A stretch of DNA of 64,000 nt from Eledone cirrhosa (lineage: Eukaryota), in NCBI GenBank assembly GCA_964016885.1, contig OZ024761.1, positions 3,038,001 to 3,102,000 of the forward strand. The letters are read 5' to 3'. Positions 46,620 through 61,006 of this stretch are shown piece by piece. The stretch's first letter is position 1. Each line of letters opens with the position of its first letter. A program made the translations under genes and the position numbers. The notes under the pieces are model-generated. The model did not search any database, was not told where the DNA came from, and saw only the letters and a program-made list of their open reading frames with translations.

Positions 46620-47200
46620 CTTGTGTTAATGCAACTGCAATTACCGGAGAGTTTAACTCTGTTTAAATTGTTTCTTAGTTTGGCTTCCATTTAAAGATAT
46701 CGCCTGTGATGCTGTCCCAAAATGTAATCTTGTTTCTATTAAACAGTTTGTACTATTTGTGATCTTTAGGAAAGTGTTTGTCTAAGAACCTTCAACGGTT
46801 TTTCTATTGGAGTGAAAACTTGGAGGCTGAAAGGTGGGTAATACCAACTGACTAGTTTCTTTCGATTTCTTTTGTTATTCGGAAAAAATAGCTTTATTAT
46901 TATATAGTGAATTTTGTCTTTTGAACCACTTTTCTATAGTTCTTCGTTATAGTAGAGAGCTGATTCTTTGAAAACCCTTTTGTTTGAAGATAATGAAGAT
47001 ATTCTTTGGGAGACACATTCAACCGGATATTTAAAAAAATGATTTTAGGGTCGTTATTACTTTTTTATGTAGAATAACTTCTCGTTGTGTTTCTATAGAA
47101 ACGAAATCTAGCGTCCCATCTAGAAAGTTCAATCTATTTATTCGCTGTTCTATTGTGATATCAAATCAGAATTGTTTAAAGAAACGATGGAGTTTCTTTC
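46620..47200 (-). mobile_element. Decayed fragment of a second PLE family (RT thumb/linker)
   Basis: Manual minus-strand translation across frameshifts gives NFLDGTLD, HKKSNNDPKII, QRISSLSSNK, WYYPPFSLQV, DKHFPKDHK*YKLFNRN. This matches the PLE motif series NFLDxTLD, HxxSNHPP, WFNPPFS, DKHFP, KIFNRN. Confidence 0.75.
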
Positions 47201-47299
47201 CGGAATCAATCCGTAGAGAGAGAGAGTGGGTGAGAGAGAAAGTGGGTGAGAGAGAGTGGGAGAGAGAGTGAGAGAGTGAGAGAGAGTGGTTCATACTTA

Positions 47300-47487
47300 A
47301 TGTTTCCACTTTAGGCACAAGGCCAGCAATTTGGAGGGAGGGGCAACATGGATTAAATGGACCCCAGTGCTTTACTAAGTAAACAAAGCCAACCTCGGTG
47401 GGATTTGAAATCAGAACGTAAAGGGCCGTAACTGTATGCTGCGAAAGATGTTGACTGACGCTCTACTGATTCTGCCAATCCACCGCT
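47300..47487 (-). mobile_element. SINE family 1 with internal deletion
   Basis: Head and tail present, core missing. Confidence 0.8.
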
Positions 47488-47987
47488 CTCATATTTCTTA
47501 ATAACAATTATTGCTCATGTCATAAGCCTTCTTCCTGTAATATATTATAACTAGGACAGGAATTACAGTTGAATCTTTCGATCGTGGACTGAAGTCGTTA
47601 GGTGTGGGTTGTGATTCTTTAACCCCCCCCCCCCCTTCCATGCAAATTGACAATGAAAAGGCGCTCCCACTCGAGTTAGCATAGAACTATTGACCTTCGG
47701 GAGAAGCAGCGACCCCTCATTGTATTCAGCAACCAAAACAAATATGAAGTACACCAAATCCAATGTTCCTGGGGGCGGTCCTGGTTCTTCTTATTTGAGT
47801 GTAAACTCGGTCAGATTAGATTCTTTATCCATGAAGTATTGGTGTGAACTGGTCAGAACCTCCGGCGGCCGAATCTAATGGTGTTACATTGGAGAGATTC
47901 TCGTTAGGTAGTTAAGTATCATGATAGCAACAGATTTAACACACTCGTCATTTTCAATTAATACTCATATCTCTCTCTCTCCTCACA

Positions 47988-51830
<3,843 letters not shown>

Positions 51831-51834
51831 CACT

Positions 51835-52195
51835 TTTACTCTTTTACCTGTTTCAGCCATCCGGCTGAGGCCATGCTGGGGCACCGCCCTTGTTGCCACA
51901 CATTTTATCTCCAGCCTGTATAGGTTGGCCACTGGTGTAAGACGGAGTTTGTTGCTGCTGCCCTTAGGTTTCCCCCGTGTCTTGCTGTGGGCTCATCCGG
52001 GATCCTGGATAACAAGGTGTCGAGATGTTTCTTAAAGACATCCACCTCCACGTCATGCAAGTCTCTCAGATGCCTCGGCAGCCTGTTGAAGAGTTGAGGG
52101 CCCTTGAATCCCAGGCTATTGCAATACCTGCTCCTTATTTTAGATGTGGAAGACGGGACCTTTAGAGAATACCAATAGATATCCCGACAAAATTG
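51835..52195 (-). mobile_element. CR1/L2-like LINE 3' end
   Basis: NSLGFKGPQLFNRLP..VFKKHLDTLLSRIPDEP..AATNS. Confidence 0.8.
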
Positions 52196-52199
52196 ACGG

Positions 52200-55100
52200 T
52201 ATAAATATGTCCGACATCTCATTAACAGATGAGTTCAACAACAACAACACAAATATATACGGCAACACTACGGTCGACTCTGATGAATTATCTGTATTAC
52301 AACTACCACCTAAGTATGCCACATTCAAGAATGTAAATATGATTAGATGTTTGTCAGAAATAGAAAAATCATTTACAAAATTACGTTGGAGCCTCAAAAA
52401 CAAAAACAAAAGTAACAACATACGCACACACATATACAACACACATCCCAACAACAACAGACACACAGACACAAACAACAATAACAATAACACACACATC
52501 AACAATAATAACAGACTCAGAAACAACCATAACAACACACACAACAATAATAACATACACGGAGACAACAACAACAACACACATCAACAACAACACACAT
52601 CAACAACAACAACACATACACATTCAATGCCTCTCACCACCACCACAATCTTAACAAACACACAGACACAGAAAACAGGTAATGGCAGTAGCACAGAAAT
52701 AAGGGAAGGTAATAGGATTGAAAGGAGAAGGGAGACTATGGACAGAGAAAATAACCAAGACGAACACACAGACACACAAAATAGAGTAGATAATAACAAT
52801 GAGCCAGAGGAAAGAGACAGGACTAATAATGAGAGACATAGAAACAACCATGAGGCTGTTGGTGGAAATAGAAACAACACAACTAACAATAACAATAGCA
52901 CTAGTACACATAAAGCAGCAGCCTGAACTCTACTTTTTATAATCCCTCCGATAAGTCGTTCGACCTGCGACGAGTCCACGCCACGACTTTAGCTTTTAAC
53001 AAACGCGCGCAATTGCCGTCGCAGGTCGATGAACAAACAGAGGCAAAATTTAGTATAGCTAGATCTAAACTTAGAAATATTATAGAACAGTATAGCAAGA
53101 AGCATAATAGAATGGAGGCCCAGCAACTGGGGAAAAAATCTGCAAATGGCTTGCGTAAGCTCAGGCAGCACTCGCGTAATGGAGAGATTGCATGCTTTCC
53201 AACAGACAAGTCAGACAGAATATCGGTTGACAGTCTGTCAAACTACATCCAGGCAATGCAACCCCACATCACTAACACAAGAAAAGTAACACCACAAGAG
53301 CATGAGGATAGAGAAAAAGCCCTCAATGCCCATATGGTGATGTGGACAAATATAATGCAGCCCAACAAAAGGACTGCCAACAACTTCCAAGCCTGGAACA
53401 ATGACGTGTCAGCGTTATATGGGCTTCGAAAAGACCATAAAACGGGCAGTGACCCTGTCACGGGACCAGCAACACGGCCAATCTGTGGAGCTAACATTGC
53501 TAGTAACTACAGACTGTTCTACTTCCTCTCCCTGATCATACGCCCCATCATTGAAATGTCTCCAGATGTATGTGACAGCACGGAGGACCTCCTCAGCAGA
53601 ATCGGCGAGAGTAACCGATCTGGGGACCTAACAAACTGCATAATAGGTAGTATGGATGTTGTGTCCCTGTATCCATCTATTGACGTGGATTTTGCTGTGG
53701 AGAAATGCGTAGAAATGATCAGTGAGAGCAATGTTGAGTTCCGTGGGATTGATACCAGTGAGCTGGGACTCCTACTTAAGCTTACCTATAGTAATAATTA
53801 GCTAGACACATATGACCTTAGCAACCTGTGCCCTACAAGACCAGCAAGAGGCAGACCACCTACCATTACCTCAATGGCCAAGAAAACCCACGCAGATAGA
53901 TGGAACGGGTGGACCAGAGCCATACGGACACCCGAAAACCACGATGAACTAAAGAAAATGATTGCACATGCGGTGGGGGCCAGCATAAAATTAACCCTTA
54001 AGGAACATATGTTCAAATTTAATGGAAAAACATATGCCCAAGAGGAGGGAGCAGCCATTGGTGTTAGCATTGCAGGCGACAAAGCTAACTTATTCATGGT
54101 ATGGTGGGACAGTAGACTTAAACTTAAACTTAAAGAACAATTAGAAGATAGCAACCTCTTAACCCTGATAATGTACTCTCGCTACGTTGATGATATAAAC
54201 ATCGGAGTTAAAACACCCCACTAGAGAACAGTCAGGAAGTAGAGAAAAACACAATGGAAAGCATCCAGCAAATAGCTAACTCCATCCACCAGAGTATTAG
54301 AGTTACTATAGACTACCCAAGCAAACACCCCAACTATCGATTACCTGTACGAGACACAGAGCTCTGGTTAGATACCATTAATAACAAAAAACAAATCCTC
54401 CATTCCCATTATGCCAAACCCATGACTTCCAAATATCTGATCCACCGAAACTCACCTGTTTCGGACCATACCAAAATCAACATACTGATTGCGGATTTGG
54501 TACGGGTGATGAGAAACGTGTCCCGCATGTGCAACCCCGAAGAACTAGAGAGACACATACAACACTTCATCCACCGTATGCAGTTCTCTGGTTACAATCA
54601 GAGAGATAAAATCAGAGTGTATAGAGGAGCCAGAACCAAATGAGAAAAAATGGTAAATAATGACACAAATGGGACCTGCCCCTTGTATAGGAGCAAATTT
54701 TGGAATAGAATAGAAGGAACTACGAATAAGGCTAATAGAATAAACTCATGGTATGATAGCAATAAATACCAGAGTGTAATGTTCATCGATACAACCCCTA
54801 AAGGTGAATTAGCTTACAAATTTAGAAGGGCCCGAGATAAACATAAACTCAATATTAAGATAGTAGAAAGACCAGGTACCTCCATAAAAACACTTATTAG
54901 CAAGACATACCCTTTTCAAAGACCCCCTGTATAGGTAAGAAATGTATAACCTGTAAATTAAGCCCCCATATTAACTGTAAAACTAGAAATGTAGTATATA
55001 GCATAAGATGTACTGAAGGACAATGTAGAGACAAAAATATAGTGTACATAGGTGAGACAGCTCGTAGTGTAGGGGAACGGATAAATGAACACTGGTGAGA

Positions 55101-55246
55101 CCTTCAAGATAGTAAAGAATCATCTGTACACTACCAACATGCTAAAATAGAACATAAGGGTAAATTAGAGAACATAGAAATAAAAATAGAATCTACACAC
55201 AGATAAGACGCAATGTTTAGACAAATTACAGAGGCAATAAACAATA
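52200..55246 (+). mobile_element. Penelope-like retroelement (family A), near full-length ORF with stops/frameshifts: N-terminal region, RT, Cys-rich linker, GIY-YIG endonuclease
   Basis: ORF pieces give VLQLPPKY..EKSFTKLRW, LYGLRKDHK, TRPICG, SMDVVSLYPSID, GAAIGVSIAGD, YSRYVDDI, then VVYSIRC..VYIGETARS. Frameshifts near 52920, 54220 and 54930; stops at 53799 and 54641. 3' end runs into (TA)n. Confidence 0.93.
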
Positions 55247-55252
55247 TATATA

Positions 55253-55302
<50 letters not shown>

Positions 55303-56358
55303 AAGAAGTTTACGAAATGGAAATGCGGGTATATAGAATTTATTAGGTAACAATTGTTTCTATAGTGTATGGGTTACCTATACCTCGCTATTTGAATAAT
55401 ATAAAAATATTATCATAAACCGAAGGTACACTGTAAGCAAACACACCATGTCATCAGCCCTTTGTATTGGAATGATATGAAAATATTTTATACACTAGAT
55501 AAAAGATAAAGAATGAGGTAGGAAGAGAAGGGGAAGAGGGATGTGAGTAAGCTGGAGGGAGTTTTAGGATTTAAGACTGTCAGACTAGTAGAGATTGCGA
55601 GGAGAGAATGTTTTGGCAGCAGTTAGCTTAATGAGGCGTGTTAGGGTTGGCGGGGAAGTAAATTCTTCTAGTGGTGGTGTTCGGACAAAATTTAGTTAAA
55701 GGGGTCAAAGTGGTGCAGTGTCACAGACAGGTTATTAGGGCTATTATAGTAGCAGGTTATTTCTAAAAGGGTCCAGAAAAACAGTGTTTAGTACTATTAT
55801 TATAGAAAGCCATATCCTGTGTATAAACATATAAAACAGAAATTTGTAAACGGTGGTGTAAAAGGTAACATTATATGCATTTAAAAAAAGAAAAAGTCGT
55901 TTTCAAACGATGGTTACAATAAAGAGAACGTTCAATATACTGTAACCATCGTTTGAAAACGACTTTTTCTTTTTTTAAATGCATATAATGAAAACGACTT
56001 TTTCTTTTTTTAAATGCATATATACCTACGGTATATTGCCAAAAATACTATACATACATTTATGTATACATCGCTATTTCAGAAAACCAATACTAATACC
56101 TATTTCTTGCTGGACCGGCATTCGCTCTGTATAATCAGCTCCTGATTATTATTGGAATTCTATAAGAATCCAGCTTCTATAATTTTCGGTGGAAGCAGGG
56201 AGTGTGTGGTTTTGATAAACGCCAAACAGCGAGAAACACTGTCAGCCTCTCTCCCTACCTTTGCTGAAAATAAGTGACTACTTTAAAATTGATAGCGAAT
56301 GGTCTGCTAAATGTTTTTAATTAAACATACGGTATATTGCCAAATATACTATACATAC

Positions 56359-56400
<42 letters not shown>

Positions 56401-56555
56401 ACACTTGGGGGGGGGGTCATATTGTTGTAATAATATTGCCAGAAATGATAACAGAACACACTCACTGTTTGGTTGGTTTTCGCTTCTGTATCTCTTATAT
56501 CTCCATAGTTAATATATTTGGCAATCGATGTGTATCATTGATTGACCAACGGTTA

Positions 56556-56621
<66 letters not shown>

Positions 56622-56626
56622 TAGTC

Positions 56627-56670
56627 TAACAAAGTTCTTTCGTTGCACATCTGCAACATCATCAGTGGTA
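56627..56670 (-). ncRNA. Family A-related hammerhead with covaried stem II
   Basis: CTGATGA-T-GTTGCA.GATG.TGCAAC-GAAA-GAAC-TT; stem I weak. Confidence 0.65.
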
Positions 56671-57267
56671 CTATTATGTTCCCTCCAATTGTATTATATA
56701 TATATATATATATACACACACGGGTGTAGTCATATACCATATGTTTAATAAACCAATATTTAGTGACGTTTGGCAGCTTAGTATGTGAATGGAACCAACT
56801 AGTTTCGTTTTACATGGGTACTCGTCAGTATGTAATGGATATTTTAAGCTGCCAAAGCTAAGAATTTTAGATATCTCTACGAACAATGTAAACAACGTTA
56901 TGACAAGTATAAGAACATTGACATAGCCCTAGTTATGATACTCTTATCTATTATGTATAAAGTTATTCTAATATATCAATTATGTAGATATACTTTCTAA
57001 AGGAAAGACGGAAAGGAATGAGACTAACTTGACCGCTTTTTGATGTATTGTCGTGAGAAGGTATATTATTGAGCGTGTATTTGATAATATAATAGGAATT
57101 CTATTTGATGTAGCAACAACTAATAAAATATTGATGCATTGTTAGTAGGCCACAAAGCTAAATATGAAAAGAATTTTAATGCTTTACTCAAATGCACTTT
57201 ATCTAATATGTTATCAAACGTCAGGATTTCACGACTAAAATATATATTATAGTGCTTATACCGTCGG

Positions 57268-57540
57268 AGCGGCGTGGTGTGTAGTGGTAACGATGTTGGA
57301 CTTACGATCATAATGTCGTGGCTTCGCTGGACAGGACTTCGTTGTGTGTTGTGTTCTTGAGCAAAACACTTCATTTCACTTTGCCCCAGTATACTCAACT
57401 GAAAATATGTACCAGTAATAACTGGAGGGTTAATTAACACAGCGATGGACTGACAACCTGTCCAGGGGAAGGCATTGTGCTCTCAGTCCCTTCACACCAC
57501 GAAACCGGGATAAGTACGTGCCTGACAAACCTCCGAACGC
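57268..57540 (+). mobile_element. SINE with tRNA-like head and CORE/Meta-like core
   Basis: GGCGTGGTGTGTAGTGGTAA..TCTTGAGCAAAACACTT..GCGATGGACTG..GAAACCGGGATAAG. Confidence 0.75.
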
Positions 57541-58234
57541 GACACTTTAAACGAGACTAGATTATACAGTTACTTTCCAAGTTATATAAACAAATGTCTG
57601 CTAGCTTTCGATGTTTTGAAGCATATATGTGAGATAAACAACTAAAAGACTGACGAATATAAATATAACTACTTTACATATTATAATACCTCAGATCACT
57701 CTAATATAAATATAACTACTTTATATATTAAAATACCAGAGGTCAATCTAATATAAATATATCTACCTTACATATTTAAATAGCAGAGGTAAATTAAAAT
57801 GATTACAGAAATGAAGTAATGGATTATTCTTGGAATAGTAGAAATAAAAATTGCCCATGAATTTCTTCTGAGAGATATGCAAATTGAGGTCATAGAAATG
57901 TGTATTTCGTCTATTGGAAGTGACATAGAATAATGGCTTCTAGTTTAGACACAAGGCCAGCAATTTTAGGGGAGGGGAAAGTCGATTAATTCGACTCTAG
58001 TACTTGTCTAAAAGTCTAAAGTTTGTCTCGAGTACCGAAGCTCATTAAACCGGAGATTTTACCCCAGTTTTTCGAGCCGATAAGCGACTGAAAATTAGCT
58101 TAATAGCCTGATGGTTGTTTAGTTGTTGATTGTCACCGAAGCTCTTTGGTCACACCTTCTGTGACCTCCTCAGTGACTACTGTTGTCGCTATGTTGTCTC
58201 TCCTTTGTTCTATTTTACACCATCTTGTTTTTGT

Positions 58235-58277
<43 letters not shown>

Positions 58278-58305
58278 AAAATTTTCGCTCTACATGGCTG
58301 AATAC

Positions 58306-58605
58306 AATAAATGTAATCTGAGTTTTTCCAATGTTAATAACAACATTCGATTCGTTTGCAATTATACAAACAAGCCTCAATTTTATAGCCATGTCAGTAG
58401 AATGAACCCTTCATGAACCCTTCATGAACCCTTGCTCTTGTGTTGGCATGTGAACAGAACTGCAGACACTAATGTTTCTGGGTATCACCCTTCATCAGTA
58501 CAGCTCACTGTTCACCTGTCATGGCTATACAATTGAGGCTTGTTTGCATAATTGCAAACGAATCGAATGTTATTATTAATATTCGAAAAACTCAGATTAC
58601 ATTTA
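58306..58605. repeat. Fold-back element enclosing the 58450 HHR
   Basis: Arms about 58306-58397 and 58516-58605. Confidence 0.85.
58450..58515 (-). ncRNA. Canonical-looking type I hammerhead with GUC cleavage triplet and extended, bulged stem I
   Basis: GTGAACAG.TG.AGCTGTA-CTGATGA-A.GGGT.GAT.ACCC.A-GAA-ACA.TTAG.TGT-C-TGCAGTT.CTGTTCAC. Confidence 0.85.
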
Positions 58606-58789
58606 TATGTATATATACACTTACATGCATACACGATATGGCTATGTCATACACTCTCGTAGGTTTTCCAAAAAAAACCTTACTTGGACTTCTTTTTCGG
58701 AGGGAACTTTCTGTGTGCAACATCCATGGTCATTCGTCACCGATAATGGTCTTTAGTCTTTATATACATATAGAATGTCAACAAGGATA

Positions 58790-58980
58790 AATGTTTCTAC
58801 TTTCTGGCACAAGGCCAGCAATTATCCCAGTGCATTACTGGTACTTTATTTTATAGACCTCGTGAGAATGAAAGGCAAAGTTAACCTCGGTGGGTTTTCT
58901 ACTCAGGCCGTAAAGGGACATACTATATGCTGGAAAGCATGGTGTCCGACCCTCTACCGATTCTGCCAATCCACCGCCCT
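58790..58980 (-). mobile_element. SINE family 1
   Basis: Same core and tail. Confidence 0.88.
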
Positions 58981-59334
58981 AGGGATAAATAACACAGTAT
59001 AAAGATACAATACTATGTCTTTTTAGTTTAACATTTGAACGAGTTGGAAAGTGTCTTAATGTTTCGGAAGTTAGTCCTTCATCGGAATATAAAATGAGAG
59101 AGAAAGCAGTTGTTATTAGTCAGCCATCTCATGTATTATAATAATGTAAGAGTGAACTAATGATGGAGAGAATCCGGTGTGTCACAGACTACAGGAGGTA
59201 CCTGACATACGCCCACAACAATTACAATATGTTGGTAGTGGTGTAAGGACATCTGGTGACAAAACTGTTAAACAGGAAATGTTACAATGACACATTTACT
59301 GCTGATTGTAAAAACAGCTGGAACTCTCGCGTCG

Positions 59335-60485
59335 CATAGACATACACACATACACATACACATACACACACATACATATACACATATACAGAGGCACAGA
59401 CACACACACATACACACACACATATATACAGAGGCACAGACACACGCACACATACACATACACAGAGGCACAGACACACACATACACATATACACACACA
59501 CACATACACATACACATACACATATACAGAGGCACACACGCACGCACACGCACACGCACACATACACGCACACATACATATATACAGAGGCACAGACACA
59601 CACACATATATACAGACACACACGCACACACATGCAGAGGCACACGCACAGGCACACACGCATACACACAGACACGCATACACACACAGCCACTCACACA
59701 CGCACACACAGACATACACACAGGAAATGGGACATAAACACAGACAGGACACACGGGCACACACACACATAGACACACATACTCACTCACACACACACAC
59801 ACACATAGACACACGCGCGCGTACATGCACAGTCCCATACACATACACATACAGTCACACGCACATACACACATACGCACACACACTCACACAGCTTCTC
59901 AGTCACACACAGCCACACACACACAGCCACACACACACAGCAACTGGGTCTTAAACGTAGTTCTCATGTTTCAACGTTGTTCAGGTCATGACTTGATTCT
60001 TAAACTTTTTTTTTTTTTTGTTATTTGATGCTTTTTTGATTTTTTACTCCTTCATCACCCCCACCACACCACCACCACTATACCCCCTACCACCACCACT
60101 ATACCCCCTACCACCACCACTACACCCCCTACCACCACCACTACACCCCACCACCACCACCACTACCCCCTACCACCACCACCACCATCACCACTACTAC
60201 CACCATTACCACCACTACCACCACCATCACCACCACCATCACTATCACCCCATCATCACCACAACCATTATTATCACTTCTCCCATCACCATCACCACCA
60301 TCATCACCACCACCATCATCACCACCACCATCACCACCACCACACCACCATACCACCACCACCACCACACCACCATACCACCATCATCACCACCATCATC
60401 ACCACCATCATCACCACAACAATCATTATCACTCCCCCCCACAATCACCATCACCACCATCACCACCATCATCATCACCAACATT
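59335..60485. repeat. (CA)n-rich and (CAC/CAT)n low-complexity tracts
   Basis: Direct reading. Confidence 0.9.
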
Positions 60486-60711
60486 CTCCTTTCCCTTCCG
60501 TATACACCCTCCTCCCCCTCCTCTAAGTAATCCACCAACCTCCTCCTCCCCCTTCTGATACCTCCCCTACCACCCTCACACCCAAGCCGTTCGCCCCATG
60601 AATGTCCAATTTACTTCATTAACCTCAATAATAGTTTCTTTCATTCTTTCGCCGCCGCCGCCACCTTCGTTCATCCACTTATTTATCATTATTGTTATTT
60701 GTGTTCCATTA

Positions 60712-60774
<63 letters not shown>

Positions 60775-60975
60775 TAAGGTTTCAGTTGAAAAAGTAAAAG
60801 GAATAAAGAGTGCTCTATGTAAGTTACAGAGCTAAATATTTAATGTATAATAAACAACACAGTATAATTACCTCATTACCAGATGACGAACGAATGCGGA
60901 CGTCTCTTGTGTTCGTGCTATTCGGAATACCTCGAGTAATGAGGTAATTATACTGTGTTGTTTATTATACATCAA

Positions 60976-60989
<14 letters not shown>

Positions 60990-61006
<17 letters not shown>

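Noticed and set aside
52144-52200. N-terminus of ORF 52144-52926 as the true PLE start
   Set aside because: These codons are the antisense of the adjacent CR1-like fragment; the PLE is probably 5'-truncated here.
56796-56832. Minus-strand CTGACGA...GAAACTAGTT core
   Set aside because: Core intact but stem I cannot pair; not called as a feature.
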